Source of the DNA: Acidobacteriota bacterium
GTDB taxonomy: Bacteria; Acidobacteriota; Thermoanaerobaculia; Gp7-AA8; JAHWKK01
Assembly: GCA_019347945.1 (NCBI GenBank)
Contig: JAHWKK010000003.1
Coordinates: forward strand, 31,059-95,058
DNA: 64,000 nt
Reading direction: 5' to 3'
Shown here: piece by piece, positions 29,114 to 38,276 of the stretch
Position numbering within the stretch: the stretch's first letter is position 1
Layout: each line of letters starts with the position of its first letter
Made by a program: the position numbers and the translations under genes
Notes under the pieces: generated by a model
Database searches by the model: none
The model's input: only the letters and a program-made list of their open reading frames with translations
Told to the model about the DNA's origin: nothing

Positions 29114-29935
29114 TTAGATGGAGAACCTCCGGAGGGCGACCAGCCCGATGATCGCGATCAGGGCGACGAGGGTCGCCATGCCGATCGGTCCGAGGGTCGG
29201 AATCTGCTCCACCGGCGGACGCGCCACCGCCGGCACGCACCCGGTGATGATCGAGTCCGTCAGTGTCACGTCGTCGTTCGCCAGGGCTCGACCTTCCCAG
29301 GTCGTGTCGGTCATCGTGGCCGAGGTCCCGGCGAGGACGTTTCCTGCGAAGGCCGCATCGGTCACCGTAAAGGCCTCGGCGGTCCACCAGTAAACGTTGC
29401 ACGCCTGCGCGGTGCCGCCCATGACAACATTGAAGCCAGGGCCGGTGCCGGTGAATGCGCCCAGCCCGCCGGTTCCGACCCTGAAGACCCAGACGTCGTC
29501 GGCGTCTCCGTCGAGTGTGATCGTGACGCCTGCGCCGATCGTGGTCCCTGCAGTGGAGCAGTAGACACCGGGCGCGAGCGTGGTCGTGGTGGTCGGAATG
29601 GTCCCGGTGCACGGGTTGGCCGTCGGGACCGCGTTGTAGGCGTTGTCGAAGTCATTGACGACCGTCCCGGAGACCGGCGCGTCAATGCTCCCCGTGATCG
29701 TACACGGCCCGGTGTTGGTGATCGAGTTGCCGGTGGTGCCCACGTTTCCATCGATTGTTGAAGTCGTACAGGTCACCGTACCGGAAGTCGGGATGTCGTT
29801 CGTACCGAGGACCGTGTAGTTCCCCGCCGTACCCAGTGGCGGCGCCACCTGGGCATCTGCCGTGGTGGCGAGTGCAAACGAAACCAGGGTGGCGAATGCG
29901 AAGCTGGCAATGAGTCTCGGGTGCGTGAGGTTCAT
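29114..29935 (-). CDS. Secreted DUF3494 (ice-binding-like) protein with an IPTL-CTERM sorting signal
   Basis: Signal peptide. DUF3494 pattern AGNYTVLGTNDIPTSGTVTCT...IDGNVGTTG. Thr/Gly-rich beta-solenoid. C-terminus EQIPTLGPIGMATLVALIAIIGLVALRRF matches the IPTL-CTERM motif (motif, TM helix, basic tail). Confidence 0.7.
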   Translation of the reverse strand: MNLTHPRLIASFAFATLVSFALATTADAQVAPPLGTAGNYTVLGTNDIPTSGTVTCTTSTIDGNVGTTGNSITNTGPCTITGSIDAPVSGTVVNDFDNAYNAVPTANPCTGTIPTTTTTLAPGVYCSTAGTTIGAGVTITLDGDADDVWVFRVGTGGLGAFTGTGPGFNVVMGGTAQACNVYWWTAEAFTVTDAAFAGNVLAGTSATMTDTTWEGRALANDDVTLTDSIITGCVPAVARPPVEQIPTLGPIGMATLVALIAIIGLVALRRFSI

Positions 29936-30233
29936 GGTGATTCCTCTTCTTCCTGCGCCAGGAGCCTTTTGCCGGCTCCTGGGAAGTCGTCCGTCATTAG
30001 ATTAGCGTGCTTCCTGAACCACGCCTTTTCCTGTTTCCTTCTTATTAGTATAGACCATATCCTACGGGGGAATAGGAAAAAACGGGCCCAGGTCCCGACC
30101 TGACCCCGCTCACCGAAAAACACGGGTTGTGAGCGGCATGCGTACGGGTGACAATCCCTCGTCCTGGGCCGTCTCTCCTGATGAGCGCCGCTGCATGCCC
30201 TCTGAACTGAATGACGAAGAAGAGCTGGTCAAC

Positions 30234-31208
30234 CTACTCCAGCGGAACGTCGTCCATCGGCAGGAAGTGCGGCACGACCACGCTCAGGCGTCTGGTCGAT
30301 GCCGGCGGGCTGGTGAGCTTGGCCCACAGCTCGATCTTCTCCCCTTTTTTCAACTCCCTGAGTTCTCCGCTGCAGGAGCATTTATTGTCAGGGTCTCGTA
30401 TCACGCCGTGCTTCTGCCGTTGTTCCGAATCAAGAAGATAGACGCCGCCGACGGTATTGAAGTCCGGAACCTCGTAATTGGTGTCCGCGAAGTCGTAGCC
30501 GAAGCCAATCGGCTCATCGCTGTCGTTGATGATCGCGAAGCGAAGATCGACGATGTCGCCACTTCCGCGGGAGAGTTTACGAACGACGACGCGTTGAGCC
30601 GGAATCTCACCCGCGGCCGAAGCAAGAGCTCCGTCCGAGGGCGGAGCCACCGGTGCAGCGATGCCGATCGGCACCTCGTCGATCGGCAGAAACTTCGGAA
30701 CGATCACCGACACCCTTTCAACGCCGACCGGCGGAGCGGGATACTTCGCCCAGAGAAGCGAGCGGCCTCCCGGCGGGATCGATTCGATCTTCCGGCTGCA
30801 GATGCAGCGGCTGTCGGCATCCCGCATCACCATGTGCTTCTCGCGGTTGGCTGCGTCGATCAGATGGACGCCGCCGATTCCGCTGTAGTCCAGTACATCG
30901 TGTGCGGGATCGGTGAATGTGTATCCGAAGTCGAGGTTCGCATCTCCCCCGTTGATCACCGAGAACACAAGCGTGAGAACGTCGTCGCTGCCGCGGTCGA
31001 GACTGTGGATCTCGGCGCGAACACCAGGGATCTCCGACTCGCCACGCGCGATGATGGGCCCGGGACCGCTCACGGGCGTGGTGGCGGATGGCGGTGTTTC
31101 GGCCGGCGTGTCCGCCTCGGGTTGAGCGGCGGAAGATGGGGCTTGCTCCTCTCCGCAGCTCGAAAGTAGCAGGAGCAGACAAATGACAACCAGACGATTC
31201 CCATTCAT
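30234..31208 (-). CDS. Lipoprotein with two tandem homologous ~135 aa domains (internal duplication)
   Basis: Lipobox LLSSCG; GGGAGGG RBS. Both halves share RGSxDxLxLxFxxINxxD...FGYxFxD...GGVxLxD...KHxVxRDxDxxCxCS...LWAK...PP...VPxFLPxDxVP. Family not recognised. Confidence 0.6.
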   Translation of the reverse strand: MNGNRLVVICLLLLLSSCGEEQAPSSAAQPEADTPAETPPSATTPVSGPGPIIARGESEIPGVRAEIHSLDRGSDDVLTLVFSVINGGDANLDFGYTFTDPAHDVLDYSGIGGVHLIDAANREKHMVMRDADSRCICSRKIESIPPGGRSLLWAKYPAPPVGVERVSVIVPKFLPIDEVPIGIAAPVAPPSDGALASAAGEIPAQRVVVRKLSRGSGDIVDLRFAIINDSDEPIGFGYDFADTNYEVPDFNTVGGVYLLDSEQRQKHGVIRDPDNKCSCSGELRELKKGEKIELWAKLTSPPASTRRLSVVVPHFLPMDDVPLE

Positions 31209-32089
31209 GATGAACCCTCCCGTTGGTTAAGATCTAATCTACATCCAGGAGCCGCTGGAGGAGAAGAGATATTCGGGGCGGTGGCCCCGCTTCGCGGGAA
31301 GAAGAGGAGAGGTGGGTGGGGTCTGACCTGACCCCATTCCGACGCCGCCCACAGCCTTGGCTCGAGCACGATCTTCCTCTTCATGCTGAAGATCATGACG
31401 CTGAGCAGTCCGCGAAGTCCTCCCGCCCGCTCTTGCGCCTGCCAATCAGACTGGATCGATTCGATTGAAAGAGTGAACTGTAAAAATTTGCTGTCTGCGA
31501 ACCAGTCGCAGTTTCGACGCCCGCCATTGTCGAACATCGACGCGGGTTGGACCGGCACTCCGCACCACCCGGCCGGTTCAGGTGAACTCCTGCGGCGGCC
31601 GCTCGTCAGTCGCGCTCTACTTTCAGGCCTGCTCTACGTATCAATGGTTGCAGCTGGTGTCAGTGTGAGGCACTACCTCTTCGCAGCGATGAATCTATTG
31701 CCGGAGAAAAGACCAGCAATCGAGGAGATGATCGCATTCGAGATCGACTACATCTTTAACCTCATGTTCATCCTCATCAGTGAACTGATGGTCTGGCTGC
31801 ACATCCACGAAACGAAGAAAAGTCCTGCTTCGGGACGATGACTGAATTCGAAGGAGCTTCAGTGCTCGTAGCGGCACGGTCACGCCTCTCGGCAGATTCA
31901 GGGACGCCAGTCGGGGAATGTACGGTTGCGCCGGCCCTCGCTTCCCATTCTGAGCCCCGAATGCCGCCACAAGGATCTGACCCCCGAAGATACGGACTCT
32001 GATCGCGAACGCCTCCGCGCGGATCTCCTCGATGCGCCTGAGGCCGTGAAGAGGACGGCGCCGGACACGAGCGGAACAGAAGGCGGCAC

Positions 32090-35000
32090 TCACGGCAGTC
32101 GGATCAGGTTTGCTCTGAACCCAGCGGAAGTGAGCTTCTCCCTGGCTGCCTCAGCCGCCTTTCTGGAGTGATACGGACCCGATCGGACGAGCTGAAAATT
32201 ACCCGAGCTCTCCGTGTACACCTCGTCCAGAATACGCGAGGCTTTCAGCCTGATCTGCTCGGCGTGTCCAGGATGGTTGGTGATCGCCAGGTGGAGCAGC
32301 CAGGACTCACGCGTCTCGGGTCTCGATAAGCGGGAGGGCGTCCGCGGTCGATCCTGCGGATCTCGTGGCTTTTCGGCAGCAGTCCGGCCGAGCGGTCGCG
32401 GATTCCTTTCGGATCGATTCACCGTCACGGTACCAGCAGCTGGCTGTTCTTCTTTCGGATCCTCCGGAATTCCGGCAGCTGATTCCGAGAGCGCCCGCTG
32501 ATCCGATTCCCCTCGATTGACCGCGACGGGACCAGTAGGCAGCTTTCCCGTCTCCTCACGTATCTGCGCTCTTTCGATCGCGATTGCTTCGAAGCCGGCC
32601 TTGCGAAGAGTGTCGCGAACCTCGATCGCCCTTGCCCTGCTGGGATAGCCGTCGGTTGCGACAATATAGAGCTCGCCGCGTTTCTCGACGACGGTGCGCT
32701 CGACGAGCTCCTGTTTCTCGACCCGGTCTGCGAGACTCAACGCATTGTCCTCGATGGAAAAAGCTCCGAGCTGTACGCGGAACGGCGCGGCGCCGGACTC
32801 CGCGGCCACTTGAGCCGAGCGCCGACCGTAGCCGCCGCGCATGACGAGCGAATCGAATCCCCGCGCCTTCAGGGCGTGCGACAGGGCAGTGGCTTCGGGC
32901 CTGGTGCGGCCAGCGGTCGTTCGTACGACATGAAGCTCTCCCGACCGGAGGATTCTGGCATCCGGAGCGATGTCGCTGATTGCCTCGAGCTGCTGCTTCG
33001 CATTCGCGGGCACTGCAAACGCCCCAGTCTGGACGATATATCTCGCCGAGCGCATAACGAGCGCTTCCCCCCCCCGCTCCTCCAGTTGCCGTGAGAGCGC
33101 GATCGCCTCGGTACGCGGAAGAGGACCAGTACGGATGATGTGATATTCGCCGCTCTGGATCACTGCCGCCCCGGGGGCCAGATCCCGCACTGCCTCGAGC
33201 TGATTGGTCGCGTTCTCGGCGATGCTGAATGCGCCGAGCTGAACCACCCAGCCTTGGCCGGAATCGACCTGGCGGGGTCGCGAGAAGACTGGCCGGGGGA
33301 TCGCTCCAACGTCTGTCTCACTAAGCTCCGGAAGTTCGGATTCAGCGACAGAGGCTCTCTCTGGCTCATTCGGTGCTTCGGCGATCTGGACTGGAGGCTC
33401 GTCCGCGGACGGCAGCACGAAATCGACCACGATCACAAACGGCGCATCCTCCGGAACCGGAAGCGGTTTTTGAAGAGCTCCCTTCGTGGAGACGAGATCG
33501 AAGGCGCTGCGAGAAGAGACTCGAAGGACGTACATCCCAGGCCGTACGTGTGTGAGCACGTAGAACCCGTCATAGGCACTCACCGTGCTCTGGACGATCT
33601 CGCCTCCGCGGTCGACCAGCTCGACCCTTACCCCCGCGAGCCCTTCCTTTCGTCCCCTTCTCGTGGTCCACACCGTTCCCTCGATTTCCGTCGTTTCGAT
33701 GATTGGCACATCGATGGCAGCCACCTTTCCCGGCCGCGGGATGATTCTGGTGCCCTCCTGCATGGGTATCCATTGGGGGCTTTCGAGAGTGGCCGTGGAC
33801 ACTGCGATGTCTGTCGGCTGGAGCGGTGAGAGATCGTCCACGAAAAGGATTCCCGACTCAGAGCTTCGCTGCGGCCGCTCGGCTCCATTGATCGTCACGC
33901 CGACTCGAGGAAGAAGCTCGTCCGCAGCGTCGAGAACCCCGTTGTGATTGCGGTCGAGAAAGACACGGAGTGATACGGCTCCGAACGAAGCCTTGTGCTG
34001 TGCGGCGGTGACCCATTCGTCCTCTCGGGGCTCGTGTCCGATCCCGGCGGAAAGATTGAGATTGCCCGAGATGACGCCATCGGCTCTCCTCGTGGTCTCC
34101 AGACCGGCAGCGAAGGCTCCCGTCGTCTTGCCGATACCGATGCTGTAAATGTGGGATTCGGAGAGAAAGGAGCGGCTCACGTTGGCGTAGACTCGATATT
34201 GCGAGCCGATCAGGCGTTCGAGAGTAAGGTTGACGGTGGATGCTCTTGCCGGCCGGAGAGTGTAGAGGAGCTCTCCCCGGACACCCAGATCGCGGATGTA
34301 GCGGCTCAACTGGAGCGAGCCTTCCAGCAGCGTTTCCTCACCAGTCACTTCCCTCCAGACGGCGATATTCGAGACCGAGAGCCCCTTGTAATTCGCAGAG
34401 ATACGGTTCCGGGCGACTGTCTCGGTCTTCCCCGAGGCAAGACTCCGGCGTTCCACCTGCAGACTGATGGGGATACGCGGGAGGACCCATGCCGGGATCG
34501 CGGTATCGAGCCGCAGCCGGTCGATCGTCACGACGGGATCCACGGCGAACGGGAACACTTGGCTGAAGAAGCCGGGACTGAGCTCGGTGCGATTCAGCAG
34601 TACGTTCGTCCCGATCAGACGCGTCTGCAGCCCTCCCTCCCACGCGTGAGCGCCCGACTCGTCCTGAACGTAGTCGCCATAAGCGTAGACGGCGTCCCAG
34701 AAGGTTCGCAGCCCGAGCTTTCCGTAGCTGCGAGAGCCGAGCTCCGTCGGTATGGATGCCACTTCGGCGATCCCGGTCAGGTGACGGTTGAGCCCGTAAC
34801 TCAGAAGCATCGATCCCCGCCGCGTCTCTTCGCTCTCGACGTTTGCCACGAGACGGTACTCGAACCTTCCGGGAAGTGTCAGCGATTCTCCGAGAAGGAA
34901 CCGATGCTCTTCTTCCCGCCGCTGCCCCTGCGGCCCGTAGAAGACGAGACGGAAAAAATTCATCCCGAACAGCAGAGGCACATCGACAAACTCGTACTGC

Positions 35001-36028
35001 CCGTCCGGGCGCGACTGCTGGTAACCGATGAGTGAGCCATTGTGATAGAGCTCGACGTCCCAACCGGGAGGGAGGTTGCCCCGGAACGAGTGCCGGTCGA
35101 ACTCGTCGGGACGGTGCAGAGGCATGTTGGTCAGAAGGAGCCCTGGTTCCGGCGCGCTGCTGTTGGTGAGAAGGCTGCTGCTCGGGTGGATGACGTGGCC
35201 GAGCGCGACCTCGGTGGCCCCGAGCCGCCCGCCCAGTTCACCGTACGGATCACGCCTCCGCAGCGTCAGTCTGGAGGTGTCGAAAAAATCATCGTCAGTT
35301 CCTGACAGATAAATCTCCGATTCCATGAACAGGAGATCTCCTGTTGCGTAGGTCGAATAGTTGGCCTGCGACTCGCTCTCGTCGAGTGTAAATCGCAGCG
35401 TCTGATCGATCGTGGGGATCTCCCAAAGGCGAAAACCTGTAGACACTCGCGGGTAACCGGGATCGCGAGTCATCAGACGGAGACGCCAGTGACGGATCTT
35501 TCGTTCGCGCTCGAGCCGTCTCTGCAGCGGCAGGGGCTCTCGTGGCCGCACCTGGACCCTCAGAGCGAACAGATCCACGTCGAAGGTAATCGGCAGCCAG
35601 TCACTGAGAAGCGTCGATTCCACGTAGATGTCATCCGCGTATACCTCGACCAGGGTGTCGGGAAATTTCCGGACTTTTCCCGAGATGGTCACCTCGCGCC
35701 GCGCGACATCGAGGTGAAAAGTTCGACTCTCCTCGAGGATGAACCCGGTTGCGAGTCCTTCAGGAGGATCCACAGACACGGCCAGCCCGACCACGTCGCT
35801 CATCGCTTCGAGCGGCAGAAAGGTTCCGCCCCCGGGACCGGAGTAGGCAGCCACTGCATCGGCCAGGACAGTGCCCTCGAGCACCACCTCGAGCAGAAGA
35901 AGGTCTTCGTCGGCCGGATCGACGATGGTGATCGGTTGTGCGTGTGTGACCGATGCTGAAAGCATGGCGAACAGCACAGCAGAGAGAAGGCCACTGCACT
36001 GGAGCCACACCTCGCAACGATACCTCAC
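32090..36028 (-). CDS. Outer-membrane usher-like protein of a chaperone-usher pilus pathway fused to four C-terminal SPOR domains
   Basis: 1312 aa immediately downstream of a PapD-like chaperone gene. Signal peptide. Large beta-rich core with a carboxypeptidase-regulatory-like fold (VRVELVDRGGEIVQSTVSAYDGFYVLTHVRPGMYVLRV). Then four SPOR-like repeats (VVQLGAFSIAENATNQLEAV; IVQTGAFAVPANAKQQLEAI; RVQLGAFSIEDNALSLADRV; LLHLAITNHPGHAEQIRLKASR). The usher assignment rests on operon position and size; sequence motifs are weak. Confidence 0.6.
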   Translation of the reverse strand: MRYRCEVWLQCSGLLSAVLFAMLSASVTHAQPITIVDPADEDLLLLEVVLEGTVLADAVAAYSGPGGGTFLPLEAMSDVVGLAVSVDPPEGLATGFILEESRTFHLDVARREVTISGKVRKFPDTLVEVYADDIYVESTLLSDWLPITFDVDLFALRVQVRPREPLPLQRRLERERKIRHWRLRLMTRDPGYPRVSTGFRLWEIPTIDQTLRFTLDESESQANYSTYATGDLLFMESEIYLSGTDDDFFDTSRLTLRRRDPYGELGGRLGATEVALGHVIHPSSSLLTNSSAPEPGLLLTNMPLHRPDEFDRHSFRGNLPPGWDVELYHNGSLIGYQQSRPDGQYEFVDVPLLFGMNFFRLVFYGPQGQRREEEHRFLLGESLTLPGRFEYRLVANVESEETRRGSMLLSYGLNRHLTGIAEVASIPTELGSRSYGKLGLRTFWDAVYAYGDYVQDESGAHAWEGGLQTRLIGTNVLLNRTELSPGFFSQVFPFAVDPVVTIDRLRLDTAIPAWVLPRIPISLQVERRSLASGKTETVARNRISANYKGLSVSNIAVWREVTGEETLLEGSLQLSRYIRDLGVRGELLYTLRPARASTVNLTLERLIGSQYRVYANVSRSFLSESHIYSIGIGKTTGAFAAGLETTRRADGVISGNLNLSAGIGHEPREDEWVTAAQHKASFGAVSLRVFLDRNHNGVLDAADELLPRVGVTINGAERPQRSSESGILFVDDLSPLQPTDIAVSTATLESPQWIPMQEGTRIIPRPGKVAAIDVPIIETTEIEGTVWTTRRGRKEGLAGVRVELVDRGGEIVQSTVSAYDGFYVLTHVRPGMYVLRVSSRSAFDLVSTKGALQKPLPVPEDAPFVIVVDFVLPSADEPPVQIAEAPNEPERASVAESELPELSETDVGAIPRPVFSRPRQVDSGQGWVVQLGAFSIAENATNQLEAVRDLAPGAAVIQSGEYHIIRTGPLPRTEAIALSRQLEERGGEALVMRSARYIVQTGAFAVPANAKQQLEAISDIAPDARILRSGELHVVRTTAGRTRPEATALSHALKARGFDSLVMRGGYGRRSAQVAAESGAAPFRVQLGAFSIEDNALSLADRVEKQELVERTVVEKRGELYIVATDGYPSRARAIEVRDTLRKAGFEAIAIERAQIREETGKLPTGPVAVNRGESDQRALSESAAGIPEDPKEEQPAAGTVTVNRSERNPRPLGRTAAEKPRDPQDRPRTPSRLSRPETRESWLLHLAITNHPGHAEQIRLKASRILDEVYTESSGNFQLVRSGPYHSRKAAEAAREKLTSAGFRANLIRLP

Positions 36029-36046
36029 GGTTCTGGCCTCACCACG

Positions 36047-36874
36047 CTACTGGACCGTGACCACTCCCTCGGCACTCACAGGGTCCGTCTGATCGGGTCT
36101 TTCCTCGAAAGTGACGCGCAGGCGCCCCGGGGGCACGCCATTGGACAGAACAGGAAGAGGAACGCGTGCCCGACGCAGCGAGTTCGGGGTGTAAACGGCG
36201 ACACCGCTCGCTCGCCCGACGACTCTTTCGGGACCATCACCGGTCTTCAGATAAACGGTCACATCCCCGTACACCGAACGGGTCCCCTCCCGTTCGAGCA
36301 CGAAACTGACGTCCGGGGTTCCGTCGGTATTCTCCCGCAGTCCGATTTCCCGGACCGAGACGCTGACGCTCAGGTCTCCATGCCGGACGATGACGGGAAT
36401 GGATGCACTGTAGATCGCGGTCAGCCTGATTTTCAGGTCTTCCTCAGCTTCGTCATCGGGCAACGTTGCATCTTCCTCTGTCGGCGGGAGTGCCTGAAAG
36501 AGCAGATGCGACCGGTACTCCCCCTGTTCCAGATCGGGTGGCTTCCGCAACTGCAGCCGCACCGTTTGCGCGACTCCCGGCTGCAGCACGACCTGCCGGG
36601 GGGAAAACCGAATCATTCCATCGGCGAAATTTTCCTCCGGAAGAGGTTCCTCCACCGGCACAAAAGCGCCGGTCTCCGTCATTCGCCGCTGGATCAGTGA
36701 GACCCGGTAGATCGCAGCCTCACTTCCGGAATTGATCAGGTCGATCTGTGCCGTTCTCGAGTTGCCCTCGAAGACCACTCTCGTGGGGTGAACCATCAAC
36801 TCGCTGGCCGCCCAGGCCTGGGCCGTGCCGAATGCGACGATGATGGCGAGAACTGACCATTTCAATCGGTTCAT
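36047..36874 (-). CDS. Pilus assembly periplasmic chaperone (PapD-like)
   Basis: Signal peptide MNRLKWSVLAIIVAFGTAQAWA. PapD N-terminal pattern LMVHPTRVVFEGNSRTAQIDLINSGSEAAIYRVSL. Two Ig-like halves. The track start at 36910 is probably too long. Confidence 0.6.
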   Translation of the reverse strand: MNRLKWSVLAIIVAFGTAQAWAASELMVHPTRVVFEGNSRTAQIDLINSGSEAAIYRVSLIQRRMTETGAFVPVEEPLPEENFADGMIRFSPRQVVLQPGVAQTVRLQLRKPPDLEQGEYRSHLLFQALPPTEEDATLPDDEAEEDLKIRLTAIYSASIPVIVRHGDLSVSVSVREIGLRENTDGTPDVSFVLEREGTRSVYGDVTVYLKTGDGPERVVGRASGVAVYTPNSLRRARVPLPVLSNGVPPGRLRVTFEERPDQTDPVSAEGVVTVQ

Positions 36875-36983
36875 CTCGATTCTCCTGTCGTACCTGGTCA
36901 ATTTCAGCATCCAATGTCATGCCGTTTCCAATAATAGTATGCCGAACTGATGCCCTCCACCTCATCGGGGGAAGGATCAGACA

Positions 36984-37014
36984 TGAAAAAAGGGCAGGGA
37001 CGAATCCCTGCCCT
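36984..37014 (-). terminator. Rho-independent terminator after pilin gene copy 1
   Basis: On the minus strand: AGGGCAGGGA ttcgtc CCTGCCCT followed by TTTTTT. Confidence 0.6.
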
Positions 37015-37038
37015 CGAGAAAGCGGATGATCGAGATGC

Positions 37039-37548
37039 TCAGTTGTACTCGACTCCGACGTTGAAGGTGCCGGTGTAGCTGCCGGTGGTCTGCGCGCTGG
37101 CAACGGTGAGCGTGCCGCCGACACCGACGGTCTGCGCTCCGCTCGCGCTCAGTGTGCCCGTACCGGAGGGGTTGCTGGTGAACGTGCCGACGCTCATCGT
37201 CTTGGTGGTGTCGGTTGCGTGCGTGATGGTCACTGCGCTCGCCGGCAGCGTGATGGCGTAGGTGGCGTTGTTGTCACCGGTGACATTGAACGATGCCGCG
37301 CCGCCCACATTGGACGAGGAGAGGATAACCGCCCCCGTTGCACTGCGCGTCCCGGCGGGGGCGATGACGACCGTTCCGCCGGTGCCAGCGGCGAACTTGC
37401 CGAATTTGAGATCCGCGGCCTTCGAGATGGCGATTGGCGTGATGACTTCGGCCGTGGCGTTGGCGGTGGCCTCGGCGGCTTCACCGTCTGCGACGAACAT
37501 GGCTGAGGATGCGAGAACCAGAGTGAGGATGATGACTGTTTTTTTCAT
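37039..37548 (-). CDS. Pilin/fimbrial subunit (DUF4402 / spore-coat-U-like), copy 1
   Basis: Signal peptide MKKTVIILTLVLASSAMFVADGEA. Pattern EVITPIAISKAADLKFGKF...GTVVIAPAG...VGVEYN is typical of DUF4402 pilins. 169 aa. Confidence 0.6.
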   Translation of the reverse strand: MKKTVIILTLVLASSAMFVADGEAAEATANATAEVITPIAISKAADLKFGKFAAGTGGTVVIAPAGTRSATGAVILSSSNVGGAASFNVTGDNNATYAITLPASAVTITHATDTTKTMSVGTFTSNPSGTGTLSASGAQTVGVGGTLTVASAQTTGSYTGTFNVGVEYN

Positions 37549-37713
37549 TTTCGTTTCTCCCTTGTTTGTTGTTGTCCGGCGCTAACCGGTTCTGCTAATA
37601 AGTCGGCGGGAAGCGGGAAAAAATACAGCCGGGTCATTTTTCTTTCGCTCTGGAAAAAGTCGACGTCCGATGAGCTGGATTCGGAGCCATCCTGAAGTGG
37701 TCAATCACACGCA

Positions 37714-37743
37714 AAAAAAGGGCAGGGACGAATCCCTGCCCTT
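37714..37743 (-). terminator. Rho-independent terminator after pilin gene copy 2 (same hairpin as 36984..37014)
   Basis: Identical GGGCAGGGAcgaatcCCTGCCCT hairpin plus a T-run on the sense (minus) strand. Confidence 0.6.
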
Positions 37744-37766
37744 TGAAAAACGGATGGTCGAGATGC

Positions 37767-38276
37767 TCAGTTGTACTCGACTCCGACGTTGAAGGTTCCG
37801 GTGTAGCTGCCGGTGGTCTGCGCGCTGGCAACGGTGAGCGTGCCGCCGACATTGACGGTCTGCGCTCCGCTCGCGCTCAGGGTGCCCGTACCGGAGGGGT
37901 TGCTGGTGAACGTGCCGACGCTCATCGTCTTGGTGGTGTCGGTTGCGTGCGTGATGGTCACTGCGCTCGCCGGCAGCGTAATGGCGTAGGTGGCGTTGTT
38001 GTCACCCGTGACGGCGAACGATGCCGCGCCGCCCACGTTCGACGAGGAGAGGATAACCGCCCCCGTTGCACTGCGCGTCCCGGCGGCGGCGATGACGACC
38101 GTTCCGCCGGTGCCAGCGGCGAACTTGCCGAATCGGAGATCCGCGGCCTTCGAGATGGCAATCGGCGTGATGACTTCGGCCGTGGCGTTGGCGGTGGCCT
38201 CGGCGGCTTCACTGTCTGTGACGAACATGGCTGAGGATGCGAGAACCAGAGTGAGGATGATGACTATCTTTTTCAT
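37767..38276 (-). CDS. Pilin/fimbrial subunit (DUF4402 / spore-coat-U-like), copy 2 (tandem duplicate)
   Basis: ATG at 38276 with AAGGGAGAAAC RBS. Protein ~97% identical to copy 1 (MKKIVIILTL...VGVEYN). The track ORF to 38402 overextends. Confidence 0.6.
   Translation of the reverse strand: MKKIVIILTLVLASSAMFVTDSEAAEATANATAEVITPIAISKAADLRFGKFAAGTGGTVVIAAAGTRSATGAVILSSSNVGGAASFAVTGDNNATYAITLPASAVTITHATDTTKTMSVGTFTSNPSGTGTLSASGAQTVNVGGTLTVASAQTTGSYTGTFNVGVEYN

Noticed and set aside
27662-29761. 699 aa + strand ORF
   Set aside because: Antisense shadow of the kinase-STAND-TPR gene (25898..29035) and the IBP gene. Arg-rich composition, no domains.
30129-31169. 346 aa + strand ORF
   Set aside because: Antisense to the tandem-domain lipoprotein gene, which has a lipobox, RBS and internal repeat structure.
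31205-31558. 117 aa minus-strand ORF ending at the lipoprotein start (possible coupled leader gene)
   Set aside because: Composition lacks GC3 bias, no RBS or domain. It more likely is the 5' UTR/promoter region of the lipoprotein gene.
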